Of a stretch of 64,000 bases of DNA, positions 44,548-58,400 are shown one piece after another. The notes under the pieces are model-generated. The model saw only the letters and a list, made by a program, of their open reading frames with translations. It had not been told where the DNA came from and ran no database searches. How positions within the stretch are numbered: position 1 is the stretch's first letter; every line of letters begins with the position of its first letter. The position numbers and the translations under genes were made by a program. Location of the stretch: assembly GCF_964355755.1 (NCBI RefSeq), contig NC_092671.1:11470001-11534000 (forward strand), read 5' to 3'. The stretch comes from Antedon mediterranea (taxonomy: Eukaryota; Animalia; Echinodermata).

Positions 44548-47291
44548 ATGCGTGCGTTTGAACGTTATTTAGCCTTACTGGCAATGTCTACGTGTATGTG
44601 TATTGTATTGACATACATGCACTCGTGGATAGGTACAGTTGAGGAACATTTACGGAGCGTTGACCCGTCAATGGGTTTTATATCAACACTTAAGTATGTT
44701 TAACATTAATGTCTTAAGCTTTGTCTACACTACCAAACTAGCTTGACAAAAAAAGTGTGATGTGCCCAAATATGGTAGTGGTATGCCCAAATATGGTAGT
44801 GATCATCATCATCATGTCCATATATGAGCACACTTCACATAAAGTTTGATAGTGTAGACAGAGCTTCATTTTATTTTTATTTTTTATTTTTGTAGGCTTA
44901 ACTATTAATATCATTGGTGTAGGCCTAACTCTACGTTTATTTCTTTATTTAATACATTTTTGTTTCGTGGCAGTTTTTCAAGGCTGTCCGAAATCCACAA
45001 AACGGATTTTTAGGAGACAGGTTTAACGCCTTTCCCGGTACTGTTATTGATCATAATATATTTAAAGTGCGGCCCATGGGACATAACTTATTTAGGCCGG
45101 GGTGACTATAAAACTGATTCCTACTGAATGCTACTGTATCGCATCGTTAATTTTAAGTTAGGCCTAATTCTAATTGTACTATACAATTAATTTATCCTTT
45201 AAATTGGTAGCCTCTATCGTAATTATTATATTAATGGTTTCGTATAATGTTCAGAAAGGAATATTTCCTCCGAAGAACCGATGTAAGTTTTACCGTCGCC
45301 AATCAAACAAATATTTCTTCATATCTTATAGATCTAGAACTTTGCTAGGTGAACAAATTTTAATTCCAAAAATAACTAATACCAAAGAATTTAAAGAAGA
45401 TGTGAACGAGGAACTCGATGAAGAAGGTTCCATGTTAATTGCTGAAGTTAAAGCAGATGTCGAGGATGTTATATCGTATCCATGGCAACCAAATCATACA
45501 GCAGCAGTTAGTAAAAGGTATGGGGGTAATAGGAACAAAATTGTCTGACAAAGTTTTTAACTATATTTTGGTGGGATGTTAGGCGAGTATACACGGTCTC
45601 TGTTGCTAGACAGTGTACAGTATATGTAGTATATCAGATACAGGGAGTTCTTAACTCCCTGACAGATATGATCTGGATGAATTGAATTGAAATTTATATT
45701 TATACTGGGTAACCTCTTCAGTCAAAGACTGGTCTCCCAGAGGGCCCAGTTGGTGATCAGTGGCTGTGATGTACTAATACACCGGGGTAACTCCCTACTC
45801 GTCTCGAAAGATGTACTAGGTTCTTTAAAGTGCACACGAGCTAGATGTGTACACTGGACCTACGGTTTATAGTCCTTATCCGAGAAGACTCGTTCTACCA
45901 CCAGAACCATGGAGCGAGTGAGCCTCGAACCCTTGCCGATGTTATGGCTACGTAATTACGGTTCCACTGTCTTAACCGCTCGGCCACTCACTCACTCGTA
46001 CTTCAATTTACTTAAAGTTTTAACGATGACTTCTGATGACGTCACAAGTGGATGGCCATTGCACGTTTATGACGTGATTTTACTAACGAAATAAAGATGG
46101 TAATATTAATCGATGCTTTATTTATATTTTTAGAGAAGAAATGTTGTCGTACTTCAATTTGCTTAAAGTATTAACGATGACTTCTGATGACGTCACAAGT
46201 GGACATTTGGCGCGATTTTATTCCGCTAAATCAAAGAGGATAGTATCGGTACCAGGAGGTATGCACGATTTACTTCCCAAACGGCAGCTATTCCGCAAGA
46301 ACCGCTACAAAAAGTGTTCTTTGGTTGGAAACAGTGGTGTCCTACTACAAAGTGGTTGTGGAAAGAATATCGACCAATCAGACTTTGTTGTTAGATGCAA
46401 CTTTGCAACAATGAAAGGGTTCGAGAAAGACGTTGGAACAAAAGTTGACGTTGTGACCTTTAACCCGAGTATATTACGTAATAATTATAACTCTTTATTA
46501 ACAGAGAAAGATAGATTACAATTCAAGAATGATTTGATAGGATATGGTAATTTTGTTTTATGGGTTCCTGTGTTTTCGGATCACGCTGTTTCTGCCACAA
46601 TAAGAACTTTGATTGATTTCTTAGGAAAAAACAAGGACGATTTGACCAACGTTCAGCTAGCATTTCCAGGCAATGTTCTGCCGGACATTGAAGAGTGAGT
46701 TTCATTGTTATTGAGGCTTTTTTTCAATGCTGATAATATAAACCTAGTTGAAAATTTAAATTAACGGACGAACGTTAAATTGACAAATTCAGTCCCGATT
46801 ATGAAGAACGATGCACACTGGGATTATACGTATGCACAGAAACAAATTCTACCATTTCGAATATGAAAAACTGGTTTCTTAATTTGAAACTAATCTGTAT
46901 TGTTTTTTTATGTCGCTAATTATGTTTGTGCACATCACACTTTTTTTCACTTTAAGGTTTGTTCATCTTACTAATATTGTTATTTATATTATTGTTTAGA
47001 TTTTGGTTTTCAAAAGATATTGACGAAGAGCGAATAAGCACTGGTCTGCTAATGTACATGATATCAAGTCTGCTCTGTGAGGAACTTCATCTCTATGGTT
47101 TCTATCCATTCCCTGAATTTCGCAATAAACAAATTCCATATCATTATTATCAGTCAATGAATAGAACTGCTGAGAATTATGACTTTGGTTATATGAAGGT
47201 GCATCGGCTACCTGACGAATTTGCATATTTGACTAAATTACATAAAGAGGGCGCTATTAAGTTACACCTTGAAACATGTTCTGCGAAGTAA
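44548..47291 (+). CDS. Alpha-2,8-sialyltransferase-like (GT29, ST8Sia family), 4 exons
   Basis: Exons 44548-44693, 45332-45517, 46134-46694, 47000-47291 in phase. N-terminal TM; sialylmotif L CSLVGNSGVL..CG..ID..DFVVRCN..DVG.K, motif S STGL..C.E..LYGFYPF, motif III YHYY, VS HRLPDEF. Confidence 0.92.
44717..44865. mobile_element. Harbinger/Tourist-like MITE family A in sialyltransferase intron 1
   Basis: AGCTTTGTCTACACTACCAAAC ... GTTTGATAGTGTAGACAGAGCT. Confidence 0.82.
45690..45995 (-). mobile_element. Full-length tRNA-headed Deu/Nin-domain-like SINE
   Basis: Minus strand: A box TGGCCGAGCGG, B box GGTTCGAGGC, Deu-like GGATAAGGACTATAAACCGTAGGTCC..AAAGAACC..GAGTAGGGAGTTACCCCGGTGT, AT-rich tail. 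Confidence 0.8.
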
Positions 47292-48473
47292 TTATTCACA
47301 TGATCTGTCATTTTTGAATTTTTGATTATGTGCCTACTAGACTTCATATTACGTAATATTACGTGTTCAGTACATTTAGTACGATTCTGAGAATTGTAAT
47401 ATTATGATTCAATCACGCCTAAACATATTTTTACAATTTAGGCCTATAAAAAGTAATCATTTTATGAGTGTGTAGGCCCTATATGTATTTCTGCTTAATT
47501 GACCTTGTACCATTGATTTCTCTTCTATATTATTATGTAAACTACTCAAAACAATTAGTTTCCTTGTTTATATATAGTTTAGGTTCTTTACAAACCTTCT
47601 AAAAATAAAACTAATTTATAAACAACATTCTAGACTCTCGAGCACCATTTTCGTCTGCGTATAGAAAGAAAAGTTAAGTTTCGTCAGAAGACGAATAATT
47701 GTTAATGTAACATAAAATAATATGTTAAAACATAAGACTTTCTTGGTTTAAGTATAGGAGTAGATGCCCTTTTCAGTAGTCCTGATGAGTTCCGGTGAGT
47801 TCTCATTTGAGAGCTTCCAAGAAGTTGGGAAAGCAATGGTGAAATTGTTTCCTCTACGTCATCTTTATTTATCTTCTTTTCTTTATTTTTATAATATTTC
47901 ATAAACTTTTCTTTTGTGTGTTTAAAGTTCTTAGACATATTTGTATTGTTTTTCAATTTAACAAAATATCTAACTATGGTGGTTAAGCATTCCGAATTGT
48001 TTTATCTTTCCACTTTGTTTTGGGGTTTTTTTTTTTAAATTTACCACCATGCCATTATAGTTATCTTTTAATATCGGTTTCAAAATGACACATATTTTCA
48101 GGAAATTGAAACAATTTTATTATAATAAAATTAATGTATAGTTTTTATTTCTATGTTGTAGTTTCAGATGTCGATTGCTCAAAAGCTGTAGCTATTGAGA
48201 AATACAAGTATGCCCATACAGTATGTATTTAGTTTTGAATAACAACATGATTGTATTTCAGCATTTCATGTAATTAAACCAGTCTTTATTGTAATGTTTT
48301 ATTAGAACTCTGTGATTTATTGCAAAAGACCAGGATATCATATTTTATCAAAGAGCCATTCACAAGTATAATATTGTCAGTATGGTGAGTGCGACACTAT
48401 TTAGATAGACCTTCTCTCATTAATTGACTGACTGAAAAATAACGCGAACAGACAAAAGATTTGATTGAAAAAA

Positions 48474-50493
48474 ATGGAATGGTTTATGTTTATGCTGACC
48501 TTTGGTCTGTCCTTTGAGAATGTTGTAAGCCGAACAAACCAAATAATCGATAATGTCGATTTTTATGCCAATCGATCGTATACTTTTACTGCAGACGGTA
48601 AATGTGAAACTTTAGTGACTTGGGATTACCGTGAATCGCCACAAGAAATGCCTACTGTCCTCGCCAATAACTTCACAGTGTCCGCCTTTAAACGTTCCAG
48701 AGTCCTAGCAGACGTTAATAACACCACCAATCCTACACTGAATATCAGATATGCTAAATACAGTGATCAAGGTATTTACAGATGCTGGTGTTGGCGAAGA
48801 GTCTATAAACCAATCAGTCTGAAAGAGGTTTGGCTGGGCCAAGTTAACACTTCTACGCGAAAAATAAACTGGAGAGAACCATATGCTGAAATCTTAACAG
48901 ATAGTCCAGATAAGCTACCTATACATTCAAACGTTGTTTACAGATGTGGAGAGACACACAGTGTAAATGCAGTTATTGGCTCTGTTCGGTGGAAAGTTAA
49001 CGTAACAAATGACAGATTTAAAGTAAATGAAGACGCCATGGAGATACGTGGTATTCAACCAACTGACAATGGTACCGAGATTTGTTGTGAATTTGATGCA
49101 ATATCGTTTAAAAAGAGCAGTACAGTACCTTATGCAATGACCCCGAAAGCCTATAAGATCCTCGTTGTTACGTCAGCAGAGCACCCATCAACCAACACGG
49201 TAATCTTATTAACAAGCTCCACCGGCACAACGCTGATAATGAACCGGAGTACCAAAAAGGTAGAGACAATAAGATAATTAGTAAAGAAATTGATATGATG
49301 GTTCATTTAGTGTAAACCAATATTAGTATTTATACTGGTTTACACTCAATGAACCATTTCAATATAGATAATATTAATTTAGATGGTTATAATTAATTTA
49401 TGTAATTAATGAAATGATCATTATGATCTTTTTATTTATTTTTTCTAACTTGAGTGATATGATACACTTTTCTTTGCAGACTAATCACTGGTACAATAGA
49501 TTACCAAAATGGGTGATGATATACAGTACTGTTTCTATTGTTTTCTGTGTGTGCATTGGTATCTGCATTGCCCTGTGTATAAGAAAAAAACAGAAAAAGA
49601 AACAATGGATTAATAACACAAATTGCAAGGAAAGCTGGGGAAGATTTACATCTAAGCCCCCCAGAAATAGATCTAGGCATAGGTTGTCTTTACGGCGTCT
49701 ACGGCAATATTTTAGTGTTCTTGGAACTGGCCACGTATATGAACACGGAATACCAATCCAATTACCTGACACCCCGTGTGTTCATAGAAACAACTCACAT
49801 ATGCTTACACAACAGCAAACCAGTCCTCTTGATGAACTATACCTTAACACTATGGACAGGAGAAAGGAACGGCAGGAGAAGCAGCCAAAAGATACGCATC
49901 TGCAACAGTTGTCGACGAATGAACGACTGGAAAGGCAGCCAAAAGATACGCATCTGCAACAGTTGTCGACGAAGGAGCGGGAGAAGGAACCAAATGTGAC
50001 AAGGAATCTGAAACAGACTGCCACAAAGGAACATGAGGGTGAAATAAAAAACTACACAATAGACCACATGGACATGCCACCGCAACAATACACAAGAGAG
50101 AAGCTGGAAGGGAAGCAACAGAATGATACCGACACCATAGACACACATCAACATCACACTAAAGACTACCAACGAAAGGCATACAATCACACAAGAGAAA
50201 TATGTAGTAGGCAGACTGGAAAATTGCCAACGACAGCTGCTCACAAAATAGGCCTACAACATGGCCGTACCGCAACAGGACATGAAGACGCAATTACCCT
50301 AATGACAAACATGAGAAACACAAATGAAAGGCTGCAAAGACCAACGAGAGAGATGCGGACATCAGAAGAACACTTAAGTAGGCCTAAAATACAAGAGAGA
50401 CGTCGACCACGCGCAACGAGAGTGACCAAAGAACCGTGGGTAATTTACAGAAAACCGGAAAGTAACATTTACATGAACGTAAATCAAAAGTAA
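48474..50493 (+). CDS. Type I membrane protein: signal peptide, two Ig-like domains, S/T stalk, TM, long Tyr-motif cytoplasmic tail
   Basis: Exons 48474-49259 and 49480-50493 join in phase 0; Ig signatures C..W..DQGIYRC and YRC..W..DNGTEICC; TM WVMIYSTVSIVFCVCIGICIALCI then RKKQKKK. Confidence 0.72.
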
Positions 50494-50676
50494 AGAAGTT
50501 AGATTTTGTTTTTAAACACACATAGTCAATTTTACTAAACGCTCGCGCACCTTGCTGCCAAATGGAAATATTAACCGCGTGTGAAAATCCCGGTGAAAAT
50601 AATAATAGTAATATTAACGTTTTGGACATTATTATATTTATGAACATTTTATCCAGACGTGCTCCTATAGGGTGAG

Positions 50677-52445
50677 GAATCATATTTCGTCACCAGAATA
50701 TGGTATCTAAGTAAAATTGGTGTCAAAATGTGCAGAAGTAAAAAAGGAAGAATACTTAAAATAGAAGTCATGTCTTTGGATCAAATCTTGACCACTAAAA
50801 ATGAGGTCAAAGGTCAAAAAGTCAAATTTTCTACATAAAATGGCATATAATTGATATTTCAGCAACATATAATGGTATATTGATGTTAAAATATGTAAAA
50901 AAAAAAGAATAAAACTTGGAACAAAAACAAACAACTTAAAAAATGAGGTCAAAGGTCAAAACTATTTATTCTATCATGAACATGCTGCTATTACTATTTT
51001 TTTTTTGTTGGAAAAAAAAACCCCAAAACATTAACTTTGACTTATTGAGGCGTACACGGTGTCAAAACGCACAGAATAAATGGGTCAAACTAACTTGACA
51101 ATGACCCTAAACCAAGTCTTGACCACCAAATACAAGGTCAAGATAATGCTGATAATAACTTGCAGTAACTATCACCAAAACAAAATAAATTAATAATTAT
51201 AGTGCTTCATCTTCATCGCTGTCAATTAGTTCTTCTGCATCTGTGTTATCCTTTCCATTCTCGCAATGTCCACTGCACACACCACATGCAGATACACATG
51301 ACATGCTAGCTTTCATGCAGCTGCATCTCATGGTTTGGCATTGCCTTTCGCCTTCCTTGCAATTGCAGGAGATTCCTTTGAGAAGCTTGTCTGGCGCAAT
51401 ACCACAAGAGAGCATCTTAGGTTTAAGTTTTCAGTTGGAGTCTAATTCCCATCCTCTTCCTTTGGGTTCAAGAACCGAGGTGTTCAGATGCCTCCATATC
51501 CCAACTTGAAGATGAACACGCAGGGAATGTTGAGCGGTTGCATATTCCGTTGGTGGTAGACGGTCAGGATCGATCTTTCCTTTGGCTGCTTGCTTCTTGA
51601 ACTTAAGATAGCGAGGCTTTTCAAGAGGAGTATCCCCACAGCCATATGTGATCTGCATTGCCTTTGATCCGGCTGTTCGAATTTGTGAGACAGGTGAAGT
51701 GGTACATGTAGATGTTGTGATGACACTGGCAGGAAATTTGGATTTGTAAAGAGCACATTTGGTATGTCCATGAATGCATGAAACAGTGTCATTTCTAGAC
51801 CAGCCATACTTGATGAGGAACTCCTCGCGGTCACAGATGTCTATGGTAGAGATGTCGTAAAGACCAAAATCTGCTTGAAGATACAAGTTAGTACAGTCGA
51901 TAGGTCTATGATAGCAGAGCAAAATCAAAATATCAGTGTCCTGGGCGACAACAACAACTGGTGAATTAACACCTACGACCAAATCCATTGCAGATCTAAC
52001 AATCAGTGTGTCACCATCATCCTTTGCTTGGCGTACAGTGATATGCTGTCTTGCCATCTCTGTATATATCATCGTGATTAAGGCTCCTTTGTTCTTCTCA
52101 TTTGCCAGGAATACCTCTCTATCACATGACACAGTCAGGTCCAGTGTGACACTCAAGTCCGGAGAAACCTTTTCCAGCCATCCGGCGTATATGCTCATGG
52201 TCTTTCGTTGATGATTCTTCCCCGTAGTCATCAAACACGACGGTAGCACTCTTGAATTTGTTGTCAACATACCTGACATAAGAATCAACTATAGCCTTGA
52301 CAGTTGCTCCGCTGGCCCATTTTACCTGATGAAGAATCCATCCTCCATCAACCACGTGCACCTTGCTGTTCATGTCTACATCGAGTTTTGTAGCTTTCTT
52401 CTTTAGCATCTGGCCAAATTCATGTTTTTTTGGTTTCCTCATCAT
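50677..52445 (-). mobile_element. AcademX-like transposon 3' fragment (XPG/PIN-like nuclease + Cys cluster), frameshifted
   Basis: VVDGGWILH, VVFD.Y, DDGDTLIV, DTDILILL, LPPT, GW, C.C..C...CSC....C...C..C...CEN across ORFs 52122-52445, 51431-52288, 51197-51415. Confidence 0.72.
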
Positions 52446-53173
52446 GCAGTCTATTGTGAAATTACATTGCTGCTTGGTCCATTGGTGGTCTCCTGAGAAA
52501 CAGGTTTTGGCTGAGGGTTATCTGTTTTAAGGCCATTTTCATATAAAGATATTGTGGAACCACGTCAGGTCAAGTTCAATATTGAATGTCGAAACGTGGC
52601 AGGCTGAAGGCGCTTGACCTTTGACAAGATCGCCTAATTTTTTTGTATATTAACTTTACAATACCTAGTGTTGTATATTCTGGTACAGCAGCTCCATAAT
52701 CTCTTTGCTTTTCTTCATTATATCTATATTTTTTATTTATACTAACAAATATCTTTTTATTAATATTATAATAATAATAATATATCAAAAATTGATTAAA
52801 TAATATTTATCGCATAATATACAACCTACGTATACGATAATTTAATTAATTGATATAAAAAATAATTATAATGATATTATATTCGATATTATACCCAACT
52901 ACTATCTCCAATTCTTTATCATTAGAATAAAAGAAAAAATCACACATCTACACATAATCAAACATTGTATACTCTATCTCTAACATTTTTTTCAATCTTC
53001 TATTGACTAAAGCCAAAGTATTTAGTCGTTATCTCGGGACCGTTCTATAGTTACCACCAGGCAGGCTTACTTCATCAAAGCTTCTATGAATGGATGTATT
53101 GGTTGGGAGCAGAAAAATTAATAGACCATACCCAGTACCGTTTTGATTACGATCAATCGGGAAATTACCTCAC

Positions 53174-54608
53174 GAAATTCAAGAGTGCTACCGTCGTGTT
53201 TGATGGCTACGGGGAAGAATCATCAATGAAAGACCATGAGCATATACGCCGGATGGCTGGAAAGAAGGTTTCTCCGGACTTGAGTGTCACACTGGACCTG
53301 ACTGTGTCATGTGATAGAGAGGTATTCCTGGCAAATGAGAAGAACAAAGGAGCCTTGATCACGATGATATCTACAGAGATGGCAAGACAGCATATCACTG
53401 TACGTCAAGCAAAGGATGATGGTGACACACTGATCGTTAGATCTGCAATGGATTTGGTCGTAGTGTTAATTCCCCAGTTATTGTTGTCGGCCAGGACACT
53501 GATATTTTGATTTTGCTCTGCTATCATAGACCTATCGACTGTACTAACTTGTATCTTCAAGAAGACTTTGATGGCCTGCGTGTTCATCTTCTAGTTGGAA
53601 TATGGAGGCATCTGAACATCTCGGTTCTTGAACCCAAAATAAAAGGATGGGAATTAGACTCCAACAGAAAACTTAAACCTAAGATGCTCTCTTGTGGTAT
53701 TGCGCCAGACAACCTTCTCAAAGGAATCTGCTGCAATTGCAAGAAAAGCGAAAGGCAATGCCAAACCATGAGATGCAGCTGCATGATAGCTGGCATGTCG
53801 TGTGTATCTGCATGTGGTGTGTGCATTGGACATTGCGAGAATGGAAAGGATAACACAGATTCAGAAGAACTAATTGACAGCGATGAAGAGGAAGCACTAT
53901 AATTATTAATTTATTTTGTTTTGGTGATAGTTACTGTAAGTTATTATCAGCATTATCTTGACCTTGTATTTGGTGGTCAAGATTTGGTTTAGGGTCATTG
54001 TCAAATTTAGTTTGACTCATTTATTCTGTGCGTTTTGACACCATGTACGCCTCAATAAGTCAAAGGTAATGTTTTGGGGATTTTTGTTAATTTAAAAAAA
54101 AACAATCACTCATAATAGCATGTTCATGATAGAATAAATACTTTTGACCCTTGACCTCATTTTTTAAGTTGTTTGTTTTTGTTCCAAGTTTTTTTCCTTT
54201 TTTTTCTACATATTTTAACATCAATATACCATTATATGTTACTGAATATCAATTATATGCCGTTTTATGTAGAAAATTTGACTTTTTGACCTTTGACCTC
54301 ATTTTTAGTGGTCAAGATTTGATCCAAAGACATGACTTCTATTTTAAGTGTTATTCCTTTTTTAATTCTGTACATTTTGACACCAATTTTACTTAGATAC
54401 CATATTCTGGTGACGAAATATGATTCATACAAGAATTATAGCTATTTGGCAACGGTCAATGAACTTTGACCTCCGATAAAAAATTTTCCCCAGCCCCTAT
54501 GCTCCCTTCTTTTTTTTTGGTAGTTGTCCATACCCATACCTACCAAAATCAGTTGAAATTTGCTTCTTTTAAATTTTTTCACAGATAAACCTTTAGTTAG
54601 GGATACTA
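53174..54608 (+). mobile_element. Second AcademX-like fragment, inverted copy with ~340-bp internal deletion and probable CTA terminus
   Basis: 53174-54426 is the reverse complement of 50677-52262; continues to ..AGTTAGGGATACTA (54608). Confidence 0.7.
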
Positions 54609-55401
54609 ATTAGGCCTATTTAGAGAGTTGACTGTAATAGTTATTTACATTTTTATTAAAAATCATTGAAATTAGCTGTAAATAAAGGATTGATTAAACC
54701 AATATAATTTAATTTGGGAACATCATTATTTGTTACGTGTACGTTAAAAAATAAAAATGTATAGGGTCAATACCAAGTACTACACTGTCTTTGCTAATAC
54801 ACTTCTTAACTACAAACGAGAACAGACTTCCGATTTAAAGAGGGCGCTATTTGGCATTACGTCTCGTGTGTGTCTCTGCTGCTGCTCTGCTGCTGCTTCT
54901 CTGCTGCTGCTCATCTCCTCCCACCATCCAGGGGCCGAAAGAAAATAAAAAAAAGGTTTGTTGGAATTTCCTGAAAAGCATTGTTTGTGTGGTAACTAGT
55001 TACTGTAAGTGTACTTATTAGGGTCCGATATAACTAGCCTATATAAAGTAGTAGGCGTACGTAAGTTGTAGTTCTAGGCCTAGCCTAGATAGAGGCCTAT
55101 GCTAGCTAGGCTAGGCTAGAGAGGTAAGAAAGTGGGCCTTTTGCGCCTCTATATAGGAGGCCTAGGGCCTATGCAGTTTCGTGACATGCGGTGGATGCAC
55201 ATGTAATGCATGTGTTATTTTTAAGCCTACCTAGTAGTATTGTAATGTATCATAATGAATCTGCATACCATACGGTTACAGAATATCCATTCGAGCCTAA
55301 ACTAGGCCTATCCAATAATTAATTTAACTCATAATTTTTAATGTATTGAATGTACAGTATTGACATTGTATGAAGCCTTGACCAATCACCAACTAGACAT
55401 C

Positions 55402-58400
55402 ATGGCTGACCAACAACCTGAACATGAGAATGATGAACATTTCACGCAACTGTATGCCCACCAAGCAGCTATGAATGCCGACTCACTTCTAGATCATTAC
55501 AGTAAAATGGACGTACATTCCACATCTGGCAAAGTTCGTTTAAGTGGCATTATCTGTACGATAGGTGAGTAAGTATACAGACCATTCATTGCCAAAGTTA
55601 CAACATAGATGATCAATACAGTATACAGAAACTGGCTCAGATGACATGAGAGTACATTACATTAGCAAAATAAAAAAATATATAATATTTAGTCATATAA
55701 TATAAGAACAGTATCTGTTTATGTTGGTTGTATTTTATCAGAAAAAAAAATGACTGACCAGGTTCCATTTCCCAGTTCTTTCCAAAAATGGCATGGGGGA
55801 AAATGTTGTTACTGGAGGATGGGATGACACCCAGTACTTTGGTGTCAAATGATGCAAATCAATTAAAACAATAAATAAGTATAGCACTAATTTATTTAAT
55901 ATACAATAATTAAATATTTTAAATGGTTATTCTGTTTTATTTTAGGGCCAGCCTCAAATGATGTTGTCAAACTTGAAAGCATGATCAAAGCAGGAATGAA
56001 CATAGCTCGACTCAACTTCTCACATGGAACACATGATGTATGATTTATCTATAAATATAAACAGTTGAACAATACCGTTACTGTGTATGACCGTTTAGAG
56101 TAGATTATACTTGGATTAACGAAATCTTATTTATAAATTTAGCCTAATTTACAGGCTGGCATTATACTGAAGCATGTTCATATATAGGTAGCACTAAAAT
56201 AAAAAATCTGTATTACATAATATACAAAAAAGTAAAAGTAAAATACAACTTTGGTATGAATTTTTATTTTTTTTGAATATATAAAGGTTTGTTTTTTAGT
56301 ATCATGAAAGCATTGTTAATAAAATTAAGGAAGCCAGATCAAGGTTTACATTTTCAAGAAATGTAGCGATTGCATTGGATACCAAAGGTCCGGAGATTAG
56401 GACTGGCCTACTGAAGGGTGTAAGTCATTTAACATTATATTGGTTGTATTATTGTGTGTTTTTAAACTTGATAATTGCTGTAGCTTTTAACAGGGGTAAG
56501 AAGTTTACTCTTTTTTCGATCTCTTTCTCCTACCCTTCCATCTTTTAACTTCTTTTTCCGTTCCTTCCAAGTGAGTAGAATTGTTTGCATCATTCTCTGG
56601 TTTTTACTCTTGCAGGGTGGTTCTGCCGAGGTTGACCTGAAATCTAACAACAAGATACGTCTGTCATTCGACGATGCCCATGCCGAATGCGGAACAGAAG
56701 AGTGCATCTTTGTCGATTACAAAAACATGCCAAAGATTCTGGACAAAGATTCTATTGTTTATGTAGATGATGGACTTTTATCATTTAAAGTTGATCGCAT
56801 TGATGATGGTAACATTTCCTCTTTTTAATCTTTTTTTAATGTTTGCTCAAAACATAAAATCGGAAACATTGTTAATATCATGGAAAAAAACCATTTATAA
56901 TTGTATTACTTCGGCTGTACTACAATTTAAGACCTTGCTCTCTGCCTACTGTATCGCATTAAATTTTATGTAACAAACAAAAATGATTTTTTAATAGTTT
57001 ATTTGTTGACGCTTTCATAAATTCTCTTTATAGTTATTCACTTTGACAAATATCAAATGTTCAGATATAGGCAACGATATTTTTGTGAAGTTTACTTTAC
57101 TTTCATTCACATCTTAGATTTGAAGTTTATAGACTGTACCATTATAAATGGGGGTAGTCTTGGGAGTCGTAAAGGTGTAAACTTACCAGGAGCCAACGTT
57201 GATCTTCCTGCATTGTCCGTAAAAGATAAAGCTGATATTGGTTTTGGTATCAAACATGGAGTAAGTATATTAAGCAAGCAATTTAGTTTAAATTTATTTT
57301 CAATCTCGTCTTGTATGTCTGTTACGTGACTTGTATTTTTTTAGTAAATTTTAATTTTGTGTTTATACTCGTGACAAGTGTTTTCATACTTATTGACATG
57401 ATCATATGAACAAATTTATCTTATATATTTTTATTATCAATTGAAATAAATGGTTGAGAGAACCAACTAGGGCTGCTAAACTTGTTTTCCAGGCAAGGAA
57501 ATTTGATCATGTCTCTTCTTTTCACAACTTTACTCGTTGCCTGTTACAGAGTGTACACAGTACAAGATTGCAACCTTTTCATATAAGTGCCTTTATGGCA
57601 CTGCTGCACATTATCTTTATGATCTTATTAAACCACTACGCAGAGGTTTTTGTTCTGACACAGATCCTCTTATGTTAACACCTATAACCAATCTAAAATC
57701 TGTGCCTAAGGGCTTCTTTGCTCAGGCATCAAAGAATTAACTAGTACTAATAATAGTTTGGGGTGTTTTTTTAGGTAGATATGGTGTTTGCTTCATTTAT
57801 CCGTAAAAAAGAAGATGTACTAGCAGTTAGAGAATGCCTGGGGAAAGCTGGGAAGGACATACTGATTATAAGCAAGATTGAAAACCAAGAGGGATTAAAA
57901 AAGTTGGTTGAACTATTTTTAATAATTATAAATAATTTATAACTAATCCATTATCCACCGACATTGTCACAATCAATCATATTAATAGGGACTTTTAGAT
58001 CGTGTCAAGTTGACCATGTCGACACGACATGATTACATTATTTTGAGGCATTGCGCATGTGCCGTGTCTTCTCCCTCGTTTACTTGCTGCCTTGAGGGTA
58101 GGCAAATTATATTTGTGCATATAATTATCCAAACATAATGTAAAAATCATCAATTATAATCATTAGTTCTTTGATCTTTCTAGTTTTGATGAAATTTTGG
58201 AGGTGACAGATGGTATAATGGTTGCTAGAGGTGATCTTGGTATTGAAATTGATGCCGAGTTGGTTTTCTTAGCACAGAAAAAAATGATTAGTTTATGCAA
58301 CCGGGTTGGAAAGCCAGTTATTTGTGCAACACAGGTACAATTCTATGTTTTTAGATATACTATAGAACTATCTTGACAGGGTGCCAATTAAAAACAAAAT

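Noticed and set aside
45920-45995. tRNA gene on the minus strand
   Set aside because: The A/B boxes belong to a SINE head followed by a Deu-like body
49485-50429. Several Cys/Ser-rich minus-strand and alternative-frame ORFs
   Set aside because: Shadows of the Ig-receptor cytoplasmic exon
50707-50952. Near-identical 81-aa hydrophobic ORFs (also 54151-54396)
   Set aside because: AT-rich subterminal DNA of the inverted Academ arms; TTG starts, no motif
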